Position numbers and translations under genes: made by a program
Virus record (IMG/VR): IMGVR_UViG_3300025831_000006
Coordinates: 6,331 to 70,330 of that record
From: a virus
Lineage: Duplodnaviria; Caudoviricetes
Strand: one strand, 5' to 3'
DNA length: 64,000 bases
Notes under the pieces: generated by a model
Databases searched by the model: none
Told to the model about the DNA's origin: nothing
The model's input: only the letters and a program-made list of their open reading frames with translations
Shown here: piece by piece, positions 27,614 through 38,500 of the stretch
Layout of the letters: each line of letters begins with the position of its first letter
Position numbering within the stretch: position 1 is the first letter of the stretch

Positions 27614-29026
27614 ATGGGACAACAATTTAACTCTCCCGGTACCGTCGCATCAAGCATCGGTAACCAACTTGTTGACTTCTTCTACCAAAAGAAGGCGCTT
27701 ATCGAGGCAGCCAAGCTGCAATTCTTCAGCCAATTGGCTGACGTGACCTCTATGCCCAAGAATATGGGCAAGAAGATTAAGCGTTTTCATTATCTGCCCT
27801 TGATGGATGACGCCAATCTGAATGACCAAGGTCTTGATGCTGCTGGTGTGACTATTACTGGTACCCAGTACTTTGTCACACTGCCGCGTTCAGTTCTAAC
27901 TGTAGCCAATGGAGCTGCTGCTGGTGCTGTCGCTGCTATTCAAGATAACTTGGATGGTGTGACCGCAGTTGCAGGTGCTGCTGAAAGTGGTGGTGCAGGT
28001 CTGGCCACAGTTACTGTCACAGGTAGCCTGGTGTTCAAGGTTGCGACTGTAGCTAAAGCCAACGCAATCGTAGCTCTGAATGTCGGTGCTAGTTCACGTC
28101 AAGGTGCAGGCAACATGTATGGCTCGTCCAAGGACATCGGCTCTATTCCGGGCAAACTGCCGGTGCTGTCCGAAACAGGTGGTCGCGTCAACCGTGTTGG
28201 TTTCAAGCGCAAAGAAATTGAAGGCACTTTCGAGAAATTTGGTTTCTTTGACGAGTACACACAAGAATCTGTGGACTTCGATACCGACGCTGAACTGACC
28301 CAGCACATCAACCGTGAGATGGTTCTCGGTGCCAATGAGATCACTGAAGACGCGCTGCAGATTGACTTGATTAACGCAGCTGGTGTGATCAAGTACGCTG
28401 GTTCGGCTACGTCCAATGCTACGGTGACGGATACCGATGTGGTCAGCTACAGCGATCTGATGCACCTGTCGATCGATCTAGACAACAACCGCACGCCCAA
28501 GGGCACCAAGGTGATTGCTGGTTCGCGCATGGTGGACACCAAGACCATCAACGCGGCCCGCATTGCTTACATGGGCTCGGAACTGTTGCCAACCTTCAAG
28601 GCCATGAAGGATCTGCACAACAACGCGGCATTCGTCTCGATTGAAAAGTATGCTGATGCTGGCAACACCGTCTTGGGTGAAGTCGGTGCGGTCGATCAGC
28701 TTCGTCTGGTCGTGGTTCCCGAGATGATGAAGTGGGCTGGTGCTGGTGGTGACGCTACTGCAACTGCAACCTGCTACGAAACGGGTGGCCGGTATGACGT
28801 GTTCCCGATCCTGGTGGTTGGTGATGAGTCTTTCACGACTATTGGTTTCCAAACCGATGGCAAGTCTGTGAAGTTCAAAATCACGCACAAGGCACCGGGT
28901 GAAGCGACGGCCGATCGGAACGATCCTTACGGCGAAATGGGCTTCATGTCTATCAAGTGGTACTACGGCTTTATGTGCCTGCGCCCTGAGCGTATCGGCC
29001 TTATCAAAACTGTTGCCAAGCTGTAA
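27614..29026 (+). CDS. Major capsid protein (N4 gp56-like) with an internal insertion
   Basis: NDQGLDAAG, GNMYGSSKDIG, LSETGGRVNRVGF, DPYGEMGF..KWYYG. Confidence 0.95.
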   Translation: MGQQFNSPGTVASSIGNQLVDFFYQKKALIEAAKLQFFSQLADVTSMPKNMGKKIKRFHYLPLMDDANLNDQGLDAAGVTITGTQYFVTLPRSVLTVANGAAAGAVAAIQDNLDGVTAVAGAAESGGAGLATVTVTGSLVFKVATVAKANAIVALNVGASSRQGAGNMYGSSKDIGSIPGKLPVLSETGGRVNRVGFKRKEIEGTFEKFGFFDEYTQESVDFDTDAELTQHINREMVLGANEITEDALQIDLINAAGVIKYAGSATSNATVTDTDVVSYSDLMHLSIDLDNNRTPKGTKVIAGSRMVDTKTINAARIAYMGSELLPTFKAMKDLHNNAAFVSIEKYADAGNTVLGEVGAVDQLRLVVVPEMMKWAGAGGDATATATCYETGGRYDVFPILVVGDESFTTIGFQTDGKSVKFKITHKAPGEATADRNDPYGEMGFMSIKWYYGFMCLRPERIGLIKTVAKL

Positions 29027-29035
29027 AAGGCATAT

Positions 29036-29067
29036 GAGGGAGTAGGCTTCGGCCTACTCTCCTTTTC
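29036..29067 (+). terminator. Rho-independent terminator after the capsid gene
   Basis: GAGTAGGC-TTCG-GCCTACTC followed by TCCTTTTC. Confidence 0.85.
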
Positions 29068-29090
29068 TGTAATTCCCAAGGAAACCCGCA

Positions 29091-29663
29091 ATGTCTACTG
29101 ATAACGAAGAAGTCCTGGTTCAGGATGAGATGACTACCCTCAAAGCACGAGCTCAATTGCTCGGTATTGGCTTCCATCCCTCGATTGGGCTTGAAAAGCT
29201 GCGTGAAAAGGTGGCTGCTGCAGTTGCTGATACTGCCCCTCCGGTAGATACCCCGCCTGCATCTTTGGCACCTGAAGCTATCGTCCCTGAGACGGAAAGC
29301 CAAAAGCGTGTTCGCATGAAACAAGATGCACTGCGTCTGATCCGTATTCGGGTGACCTGCATGAACCCTGCTAAATCCGAATGGGAAGGTGAAATTTTCA
29401 CGATTGGCAATTCTGTGATTGGCTCGGTCAAGAAATACGTACCCTTCAATACCGATGAAGGCTGGCATGTGCCCTACATCATGTATGAACAATTGCGCGA
29501 GCGTCAATGCCAAGTGTTCACCACGGTGACAGATTCTCGTGGGAACAAGGTACGCAGGGGCAAACTGATCCGTGAGTTCGCTATTGAAGTGTTGCCACAA
29601 CTGACGGCGGTGGAACTGGCTGATCTGGCTCAACGCCAGGCCATTGCCAAGGCGATTGACTAA
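29091..29663 (+). CDS. Conserved protein (N4 gp55-like)
   Basis: RIRVTCMNPAK..GEIFT..GWHVP. Confidence 0.8.
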   Translation: MSTDNEEVLVQDEMTTLKARAQLLGIGFHPSIGLEKLREKVAAAVADTAPPVDTPPASLAPEAIVPETESQKRVRMKQDALRLIRIRVTCMNPAKSEWEGEIFTIGNSVIGSVKKYVPFNTDEGWHVPYIMYEQLRERQCQVFTTVTDSRGNKVRRGKLIREFAIEVLPQLTAVELADLAQRQAIAKAID

Positions 29664-29688
29664 TCTCTGAACCAACCCAGACAAAACC

Positions 29689-31104
29689 ATGACTATTACT
29701 CCTGTTACCCTAGCTGACCTCACTGGCGCCACCCTAGATGGGATGGGCGTCTTTGATGTCCTGATGCGAGCCAACAAAGCACACCTTGAGGCCGAGTTCA
29801 CAAAGAATCGCATCAAAGGGCCAGAGTACGCCACGGTCTATCTGGGCTCATTGACCCAGATCCTGCAAACTGCCACCCAGTTCCTGCTCTCAAAAGATGA
29901 AACGTCGCTTAAAGCGCAACTGGTCGAGCAGCAAATCCTGCTAGCTCAGGTAGAAGTTATCAAGGCCAATGCTGAAGTCGCCCAGATTAAGGCACAAACT
30001 GCACTGGCAGAACAACAGCAAGTCAACCTAGTAGCCGAGCTGGCCATCATTCAAGCCAACGCCTTGAAGGTTCCGGCTGAGATCGCCCAGCTCGAAATGC
30101 AGACCTTATTGATCGGCCAGCAAAAGATAAACCTGGTCGATGAGTTGTTGACTGCTACAGCACAACGCACCAAACTGGCGCAGGAAACGGCAAATGCCCT
30201 AATCCAAGGTGAGCTGGTCACACAACAAAAGCTGAATTTGGCCGCTGAGGCATTGAATATACCCAAACAAGGTTTGGTATTGGATGCCCAGAAAGCTCAG
30301 ACCACCCAACAAACAACGAACCTAGTCTCAGAAAACTTAGGAATTGTGGCTAAAACAGAGCAGACTGGTCAACAAACGACCAACCTGATCGCTGAAGCTA
30401 TCAACATTCCCAAACAGGGGCTGTTGGTAGATGCCCAAAAGGTCCAGGTTGAACGACAAACCATTAACCTGGTTTCCGAGAACTTCGGTACTATTGCCAA
30501 GACTGCTCAGATTGAACAGCAAACCAGCAACCTAGCTGCTGAGGCATTGAATATTCCAAAACAAGGTTTGATGATCGATGCCCAAAAAGCACAGGTCACA
30601 CAGCAAACTTTGAACCTGGTAGCAGAAGCACTGTCCGTTGCTGCTAAAACAGCATTGATTAACGAACAGCTTCAGACAGAGGTTTTGCGTAACTTTATAC
30701 ATCCTACGGATCCAACTCTTTCTGGTAATTTTGAGAAAGAACGACAAGTCTTGATTGGTCAGAAGTGCAAACTCGATGCTGAATTTGATCTGTTGATGCT
30801 GACCAAGGACAAGACCTCTCAGGAAACCAATCTGCTGTTGCAGAAAGTGGTGACCGAGAAAGCACAAACCACAGCCTTGGGTGTAGATGCTGACAGTGTG
30901 GTTGGTAAGCAAAAAGCTCTTTATGGGGCACAGACCGCTGGCTTCACACGCGACGCTGAACAGAAGGTGGCCAAGGTCATGGTTGACTCCTGGAGCATGC
31001 GCCGAACCACGGATGAAGGCACAGTGGCAGATGCCACTAACAACCTCAATGATGCAGCGGTTGGGCGTGCAGTGACCAAGCTTCTTGCTGGGGTGGGCGC
31101 ATAA
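29689..31104 (+). CDS. Structural coiled-coil protein (N4 gp54-like) with 49-aa repeats
   Basis: [20 protein letters not shown]-terminus; [19 protein letters not shown]-terminus. Confidence 0.8.
   Translation: MTITPVTLADLTGATLDGMGVFDVLMRANKAHLEAEFTKNRIKGPEYATVYLGSLTQILQTATQFLLSKDETSLKAQLVEQQILLAQVEVIKANAEVAQIKAQTALAEQQQVNLVAELAIIQANALKVPAEIAQLEMQTLLIGQQKINLVDELLTATAQRTKLAQETANALIQGELVTQQKLNLAAEALNIPKQGLVLDAQKAQTTQQTTNLVSENLGIVAKTEQTGQQTTNLIAEAINIPKQGLLVDAQKVQVERQTINLVSENFGTIAKTAQIEQQTSNLAAEALNIPKQGLMIDAQKAQVTQQTLNLVAEALSVAAKTALINEQLQTEVLRNFIHPTDPTLSGNFEKERQVLIGQKCKLDAEFDLLMLTKDKTSQETNLLLQKVVTEKAQTTALGVDADSVVGKQKALYGAQTAGFTRDAEQKVAKVMVDSWSMRRTTDEGTVADATNNLNDAAVGRAVTKLLAGVGA
30223..30633 (+). 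repeat. 147-bp (49-aa) tandem repeat, about 2.8 copies
   Basis: NIPKQGL starts at 30256, 30403 and 30550 (exact 147-bp period). Confidence 0.9.
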
Positions 31105-31125
31105 CTCGTCAACCGGCACGAATCA

Positions 31126-31153
31126 GGGGGAGCTAACTGCTCCCCTTTTTATT
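31126..31153 (+). terminator. Rho-independent terminator
   Basis: GGGGAGC-TAACT-GCTCCCC followed by TTTTTATT. Confidence 0.85.
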
Positions 31154-31167
31154 CATAAAGGATCAGC

Positions 31168-33414
31168 GTGGGCCTGTTTAGCGATGAGATTAGAACCTAT
31201 GTAAGTACCACGGTGTCACGGGTTATTCCAGACACGGGGTTACCCGACGCTATTAAGACTGGCGTCATCAAGGCCATCTTTGCTGATGGGGGGATCCCTG
31301 AGTATGCAGTGGAGGAAATGATAGGTAGCATTGGAATACGGGCAGATAGGATGTATGAATACGCCCGTACCACGTATACCCATGGTTTACCCTCGGGCCA
31401 ATTTAAGACTAACACTTTGGGGATGGCAGAAGCCACAGATGTGCTGACCTCCCTAGAAGGGGTTACTATCTTGCCCCTATATTGTCACTATGGACCGCCG
31501 AACAAGTTGCATATTGGGTGGCTAAAGCTCCTGAAGGAGCATGGCTATAACCCCGCCAATAATCAACTAGCAATCTTGACAACTGCAAAGAGATTGCCTG
31601 TCTATTTGGATAACATGACTGTGATAGTTCCTGCAGCTGCAAGGACAACCTATACAGCAGATGCACTGGCTCAATGGGGTATTCCGGCAACAGCTGGCTA
31701 CACCCCAGAGCGCCCCTATCAAGGTCTAGCAGGCAATTTGCGTGCCCCAACACCTGTTCTATTTGATTCGGCTGCTACTGAAGCTTATGTGCGAGTGGAT
31801 TACGTCTGGGTTGCACCCAATAATTCTCCAGAAGAGTCAGATACGATCATGAAAGCCAGTTTCAATATTAACCTGACAGGCTATGACTCTGCAGCTGACT
31901 ATTTTCATGTCAAGTACAGCGTTAATGGATTAATTAAATACTGGATGTACCAGGACAATCTAGGTACCTATCCTGCTTTAGATGCTGTGTTCATTACAGA
32001 GCCCCAGACCAATGGGACATTTTTTCCATTCACGTATTTTCGCTACAACAAACGGTCCGAAGTTGCAGACAAAACTACAACCCGCTACAAAACTTCCAAG
32101 AAGCTGGTCAAGTATCTTGGGATTGACTATGACACAGTGGCTACTGCCATTGATGAGAACCCGGGTATTACCGATGTAGAGCAGGCAATGATGACCCTGG
32201 CAGTACCAGCCAATACGACTAATGAGCTTGAGCGCCGTTACCTATTCTCATTTTTTGAAGCTATGTTTCAAGCAGATGGTAACCAATTCATCTCCCCGAC
32301 ACAGGCAGAAATGTCGGCTGCTCTATGGGGCAACACCAGTACTGCTAGAACCAGTTTAATTATCCAAGATGCTAGATTCAAGATGGTCTTGAGTCATGGT
32401 GGCATTTTTAAGAAGTTGGTTGTAGGCAGCATTGGTGCGATTGGCAGCCACGATAGCGGCTTCTTCACGACTTTGGTAGCACAGCATTACATTGACTCCG
32501 AAACCAACAAGGATGTCACACATCAGATTTCAGTGCCTCAACACTATTACCGACGCCAGATCAGCACTAATCTATATGCCGAGATACAAGTCTCAGACCT
32601 ACGGATGCTGTACTACATCTTTGGCGGATACTTCACCACAGGTGATGAACTAGATGCAATTTTATTAATTCCTTTAGATCGCTCAATTACTCACACATAC
32701 TCGATCTCCGACCGGGAAACGCTCTATGCTCGATCACTGCATTACGTTTTCAATAGCCGAACCGTAGTCGTGCTGGCATGGTATCAACAAGGGTGGTTTG
32801 GGGACTTGCTGCAAATAGCTGCCATCGTGGTCATCATTGCTTCTTTTGGTTCAGCTACAGGCCCCATGGCTAGCCTAATGGCTGCAGTTGCTTCTGGTAG
32901 TACCGTACTCATCACAGCGGCAGTCATGGCAGTCCTGGAGCACTTGCTCATTGGCTTTCTTCTGGGAATGGCCTTCAAGATATTTGCCAAAGCCGTGGGT
33001 GCTGATATTGCCATCCTCTTTGCTGTCGTTGCCGCAGCCATGGGAGCCTATCAGATCCTTGAAGCGGGTTCTGTAGCAGGCGCTCCTTGGGCAACGACGC
33101 TGCTACAGGTATCTTCCGGCTTAACTAATGGAATTAAATCTGAAATACAAGAGTTATATGGTGAATTGATTGAGGAAACTACGTCATTTAATCTATTCAA
33201 AGATGAGGCTACCAAAGCATTAGAAGCAGCTAATAAGCTGCTAGAGCACAATAATTGGCTTAATCCTTTTGTTATATTCGGTGAAAAGCCGGATGACTAT
33301 TACAATAGAACCATACACTCCGGTAATATCGGGGTATTAGGTATTGGCGCAATTTCCTATTACGTGGATACCGCCCTCACACTTCCAAAGCTGGATGAAA
33401 CAATAGAGGGGTAA
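31168..33414 (+). CDS. Structural protein (N4 gp53-like) with C-terminal hydrophobic helices
   Basis: MGLFS start; WYQQGWFG followed by several TM-like segments. Confidence 0.75.
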   Translation: MGLFSDEIRTYVSTTVSRVIPDTGLPDAIKTGVIKAIFADGGIPEYAVEEMIGSIGIRADRMYEYARTTYTHGLPSGQFKTNTLGMAEATDVLTSLEGVTILPLYCHYGPPNKLHIGWLKLLKEHGYNPANNQLAILTTAKRLPVYLDNMTVIVPAAARTTYTADALAQWGIPATAGYTPERPYQGLAGNLRAPTPVLFDSAATEAYVRVDYVWVAPNNSPEESDTIMKASFNINLTGYDSAADYFHVKYSVNGLIKYWMYQDNLGTYPALDAVFITEPQTNGTFFPFTYFRYNKRSEVADKTTTRYKTSKKLVKYLGIDYDTVATAIDENPGITDVEQAMMTLAVPANTTNELERRYLFSFFEAMFQADGNQFISPTQAEMSAALWGNTSTARTSLIIQDARFKMVLSHGGIFKKLVVGSIGAIGSHDSGFFTTLVAQHYIDSETNKDVTHQISVPQHYYRRQISTNLYAEIQVSDLRMLYYIFGGYFTTGDELDAILLIPLDRSITHTYSISDRETLYARSLHYVFNSRTVVVLAWYQQGWFGDLLQIAAIVVIIASFGSATGPMASLMAAVASGSTVLITAAVMAVLEHLLIGFLLGMAFKIFAKAVGADIAILFAVVAAAMGAYQILEAGSVAGAPWATTLLQVSSGLTNGIKSEIQELYGELIEETTSFNLFKDEATKALEAANKLLEHNNWLNPFVIFGEKPDDYYNRTIHSGNIGVLGIGAISYYVDTALTLPKLDETIEG

Positions 33415-33419
33415 TTCCT

Positions 33420-33953
33420 ATGAGTTATAACTTTGAAAACGGTATGCCTTCCGCATCGATGCCACGACCGTGGGAACAGGTTGGGTATGTCGACCCGCTG
33501 CAGCAATTCAGTTCCCTGGGTAACTACGGGGTTCCTGCGCAATCAAGTAGCCCATTTCTTCCCCAAATGAGTATGGATCCCTCTATTACAAAAGTGGACT
33601 TTACTTCAGAAGCACTAAAAAAACTGGGGTCTGTTAGTGGATCTACTGCTTCGAATGGTAACGGCATCATGGACTGGCTTAAAAGTGCCATGGGTACCAA
33701 AGAAGCACCAGGCTGGGGTGGTATGGCTCTAGGTGCAGCCAGTGGTCTTGCGTCGACCTACCTAGGTTTACAGCAATATGGTCTGGCCAAGGACACTCTG
33801 GCCAACAACAAACAGCAGTTTCAGATGCAGTATGACGCTCAGAAACGGATGACAAACTCCAATCTGGAAGACCGTCAGCGTGCACGCGTGGCTTCAAATT
33901 CTGGAGCCTATCAGTCGCCCAGCGACTATATGTCGAAATACGGAGTCAAATAA
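33420..33953 (+). CDS. Internal virion/ejection protein (N4 gp52-like)
   Basis: GWGGMALGAASGLASTYLGLQQY..LAKD hydrophobic helix; synteny. Confidence 0.75.
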   Translation: MSYNFENGMPSASMPRPWEQVGYVDPLQQFSSLGNYGVPAQSSSPFLPQMSMDPSITKVDFTSEALKKLGSVSGSTASNGNGIMDWLKSAMGTKEAPGWGGMALGAASGLASTYLGLQQYGLAKDTLANNKQQFQMQYDAQKRMTNSNLEDRQRARVASNSGAYQSPSDYMSKYGVK

Positions 33954-35476
33954 TGAGCGTCATCACATGGCAAAACATTAATGCGCCAACATCACGCAGT
34001 ATTGGTCAGGAATTAGGTGGTGCTCAACAAGGTATTCGTGATGGCTTTGATATTCTGAGTAAAGTCATTGCTGATCGTCAAGGGGTCAACCAAGGTGTGG
34101 CGGATCGAGCCAGAAATGCAGAAGCCGAGAATTATCTCAACACAATCCAGGGTTACAAGACTCCTGAAGAACTCAATACGGCACGCCTCTCGGGTGTGCT
34201 GGATCAACGCATCGCCGCACTGGATCCACGGAACCAGGCCGCAGTAAGGGGTGCGGCTGATGCCCGGCTTACTTCCTTGCAAGAACAAGTCGGGGCAGCT
34301 AATACTTTCGCTGTAAATCAGGTTAATGCCCCTGTTGCATTGGCCAATGCAGAGGCTACTGCTAACAACGCACCTCTCCAAAGAAATTTGGACAGGATAG
34401 CGTTGGAACAGAAAACGCGGTTAGAACCCATCACAAGTGCTACAGCACTTGAGACGGCCAAGAATGCACGTAATGCAGCAACACTGATTGGTACGTTGCA
34501 ACCCATTACTGATGCCAATGCGAGATCGACTGCACAGGAAGATGCAGCCCGTCTCAAGGAGGTTGCACAGGGTCGTGCCGTGGATGCTGATGTCAATACC
34601 TTCGTTCAGAATTACCAGAAAACGTCTGGCAGTGCCAGGGATGCCATCACAGCGGTAGCCTTGGGTCTTGGGCCAGGTGTGGTTCCCATGAACCGTGATG
34701 GAACTTTGGCCCTTGACCAGATGGATTCCACGAAGAAGAAAGCCTTCAACGACATTCTGATTACCAAAGGTTTGCCAACACTGGATATTCTTGAAACAGG
34801 AGACACCAAAGCCAAAGCAACCTTGCTGCAGCAGCTCAAGGACAAGGGCTACAACGTCTCGCACATCGCACGAGTGGCACAGGGGTTGGACTTCTCACTG
34901 GGCACCGGGGCAATAGCACCGATTGGCAATGACTTATCGGCCTTCAATGCTTCGATTGCCAAGCGTGATTCGGCAACAGCAATGATCGAGAACCAGTACG
35001 GTGTGAAAACCGAACCGGGCAGTGTTGGGCCCTTGCTGAAAGAGGGTCTTGCCGCTATCGACAGTGTTGTGCCCAAGGACTCAGCCCGTTCCGAAATATA
35101 CAAAGAACGTCTTGGTGACTTCCTCAAGAATGGTGGCATCAAAGTTACGCAGAAGGGTGCTGATGGAAAGCCGCTTCTGGACAGCAGTGGTAATCCTGTC
35201 ACAACCAGAGTCCTGCCTACCGGTGATCAGATCCAAGTACTTATTTCAGGCATCAACAAGAAGTGGCACAACACTCGTGGTGGTTGGTTCGGTATCGGCA
35301 AGTCGGGTATGCAGGAGGAAATCGACAACGCCCTTAAGAGCTGGGCAGACAGTCCGGAAGCTCAAAAAGGAGCATCGGAGCTGACCAAGCTGGACTTGGT
35401 GGGGCAATTACAGAAGATACGCAAGGCCGAAGAACTTCCGTTGCCAATACCTGGGGCTTTGCAATTCAAGAAGTAA
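33953..35476 (+). CDS. Internal virion/ejection protein (N4 gp51-like)
   Basis: ITWQNI N-terminal motif; directly upstream of vRNAP. Confidence 0.75.
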   Translation: MSVITWQNINAPTSRSIGQELGGAQQGIRDGFDILSKVIADRQGVNQGVADRARNAEAENYLNTIQGYKTPEELNTARLSGVLDQRIAALDPRNQAAVRGAADARLTSLQEQVGAANTFAVNQVNAPVALANAEATANNAPLQRNLDRIALEQKTRLEPITSATALETAKNARNAATLIGTLQPITDANARSTAQEDAARLKEVAQGRAVDADVNTFVQNYQKTSGSARDAITAVALGLGPGVVPMNRDGTLALDQMDSTKKKAFNDILITKGLPTLDILETGDTKAKATLLQQLKDKGYNVSHIARVAQGLDFSLGTGAIAPIGNDLSAFNASIAKRDSATAMIENQYGVKTEPGSVGPLLKEGLAAIDSVVPKDSARSEIYKERLGDFLKNGGIKVTQKGADGKPLLDSSGNPVTTRVLPTGDQIQVLISGINKKWHNTRGGWFGIGKSGMQEEIDNALKSWADSPEAQKGASELTKLDLVGQLQKIRKAEELPLPIPGALQFKK

Positions 35477-35494
35477 TTGCGGTTTAATTCAATT

Positions 35495-35524
35495 GAAAAG
35501 GGAGCAAATAGCTCCCTTTTTCAA
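35495..35524 (+). terminator. Bidirectional-type terminator before vRNAP
   Basis: AAAAGGGAGC-AAATA-GCTCCCTTTTTT. Confidence 0.8.
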
Positions 35525-35564
35525 TTTGGCTATTAAAATCGTCCGTAATTCAATAGGATATTAA

Positions 35565-38500
35565 ATGGCTGAATTCAATGTTGATGACTATTTTGCTCAA
35601 CGTAGCAATGCAATAGCGGTACAAGACGGGCCAGATCCTATTGGGGACAAATACCTGCAATTACGAAATGCCTCTGAAGAGAAGGTACGTCAATTAGCCG
35701 AGATGTCGGCAATTTCGACACAACGGGAAGCAGCCAATAGCAAATCCTGGAGTGGTCAGTTGAGCTTGGATCCAGCTAGCCCAACGGGCAAGGCCACCAA
35801 TCTGGCGGCCTCACTCTACGCTGGCACGATAGGTGTTGCTGGGCGCCTGGAATCGGCACCCTTTAGCCTGGTAGCCGGGATCAACCAGGCTAACCTGTCT
35901 GAGTCTGACATAGCAGCTTTGGCTCGGCATGAAAAAGGCCAAGCCACTCCGGCAGACTTGATCCAGCTTAACCGCAAGGTGGCACCTACTGTCGCACCGA
36001 CACCTAATATGCCGCGTGACCTAGCACAAGCTCATGCGAATGAGCGTGCCCAAGCCATGGCTGACTCGAATCCTAATTCACCAACACCTTTGAGCATCTG
36101 GAAAGAGATGAACAAGGCACGGGATATCAGCCGCACGATCACGGAAGCTATAGATGCTAGTTCTATCGTGCATCAGGGTGACCGTGACCAGTTCAATAGT
36201 GATCTGCTTGGGGTATACAACACGAATACTTCACAGGTTACTCAAGGGTGGGATGCCTTTAAGTCTGGGGACAAATTGGAAGGTGCTGCTAACATTACAG
36301 CCGGTGTAGCCAAGCTTCTACTCGGTGCTGGTAGTGCAGTTCTGAATAACAAGCAAGCCACAGTTGAATACATAACAGAGAACGCGCCTCAGTTGTTCCT
36401 CGGAGCCGCCGGTAATGCGGGTCGCTTGGCCCAGTTGACCGATAACATTGCCAACGCGGCAAACATTTACAACGAAGGTATTCAGAGCTATCAAGCCAAT
36501 AATAATGGTGCTTTACCTCCAGAAGAAGACCGCCAAAAGATGGCACTGTATGCAGCAAGCCATGCCGCATCAGAACAGTTGGGTGACAAGATTGGTTTAG
36601 CTGCTACTAAGCTGACTGGTAAAGCAGCTAATGACGCTGTGCGTGCTTCACTCAAAACAGCTTTAAAATATACAACCGGTGCGGTGGCTGAAGGGCTGGT
36701 ATCAGAGGGGCCTACTGAGGCTTATCAACAATTCGCTGAAGGACAGATTACAGGGAAACCTGCTACTGGGGCGGAGATATTCACAGCAGGCGTTATTGGT
36801 GCGGCTTCTGGTGCTGGTTTGTCTGGCGGTGGTCGCGCCACGCACGAGATTGCCAAACTGGCAACCCAAGCCAATGGTCCCAGAGCAGGCATCGAGACTT
36901 CTCCTGAGCAAGCTAAGGTCCAAAAAGCAGCGATCATCTCTGGGGATGTTAGTGCCCTACTTGATCCGAAGCATCCCTTCTATGACCCTGGCATGGCCGT
37001 TGCTGCCTTGGTTGGCCATAGCCAACAAGAGACGACAACGCCAGAGCAAAAGCAGGTGAATGTCACCAAGGCAGCCGAAATCGTTGCCGACCTGGAAACA
37101 CAACGTGATGCGGCCAAAGCTATATTGGCAACGCCAGAAGAAAAGCAAGCCGAACTAGATGACCTAAAGACCAGTATGGCGGCTGTTGACCCGGCCGACA
37201 CGGCCAAGATCGAGCAGTACCAGGCCGTCATTCAGGCCCAGGAAGAGGCCATCGCAGCGAAACCGCTTACCAAGGCAGAAATTCGGGGCTACCAGACCCG
37301 ATTGAGCCAGATAGAGGGCCAACTCGTACAGGCAAGAACAAGCCAGGCCGAACTTGGACGTATGGTTCAAACCAACGAGTCGATCGACGAGCACATCGCC
37401 AATATCAGCAAGCCAGTGGATACCACAGCAAGCAAAGACGCGCAGGCGGCTGACGCGGCCAGCGTGGCCGCGTCTGCAGAGCGCGTCATCAACCTGGCCA
37501 TGGTTAGCCCTGAACGCCTTGACGCCAAGGTAATAGCAAAGCTGGCTGCTGATGAAACAAACGCACTGACGCCCCCACAGCGAGCTTATCTGAGTGCTTT
37601 TGCACGCGCACAGGAATCAGATCCGACGCTGCGCCAGAGCCATGTGGCCAAAGACATTTATTTTGGGCAATATGGCAACAAGGGTGTCCTGCAGTACCGC
37701 CAAGGGATGACCCAGGCAGTAACCTCTGGCCAAGAAAACAAGGCTCAGAGGGAACTAGCCAGCATCGACAAGTTCGCTTTAGCCCATCAAGCCAAGGCAG
37801 AAGCAGCCAAGACTGCAATTGCCCAGGGATTAGGTACTCCGATCTTGAAAGTGGCTGGTCAATGGGTGGCAGGCACACGAGGTCAAGTGCTTACCAAAGA
37901 ACAGAAGAAAGATGGTGGCCGGGTAGTTAATTCAGGCAACTTGGTTACTGCCATTACTAGTGAAGCAGCTGCCTTGAACGATGTGGCCATCGAACTCAGA
38001 GCTACCTATGACCTGAAGTTCAATACAGGAGTTAACCATGTCCAGAACCAAGCACAACAAGGATCGGGAACACAAACCACTGCTTCATCTCCGGCAGAAC
38101 AAGTTGCGGCTTCGGGTGGAAGCAACATTGCCACTCAGAGTGCTGGCGCTACCAATGTCAAACCTGTTGCAGTGGTGGGAACAGATGTCGGGAAAGCGGG
38201 CGGGGTAAAGAACTGGGACACCATGAAGAAGGGCGATCTCATCACCCTGTATCGCGGTGAGAGTGCGGCCAATGACACGAATGGTCAGTGGTGGACAACC
38301 GATCGGGCTAAGGCTGAAAGCTATGGCGTCGTCACGGAAGTCACGCTGCCTTCTGAAGTGGTGGGGCAATATGCTGCCAAAGGGCACAACCGTCCCGATG
38401 AGTTCGTGTTTCCAGGTAAGAAACCAACTGAGTTGGTTGAGAAGACTGCAGTGAATGAAGAGGCTCACGCCTCTTCTGTGAATACTGAAGTTACTCAGAA

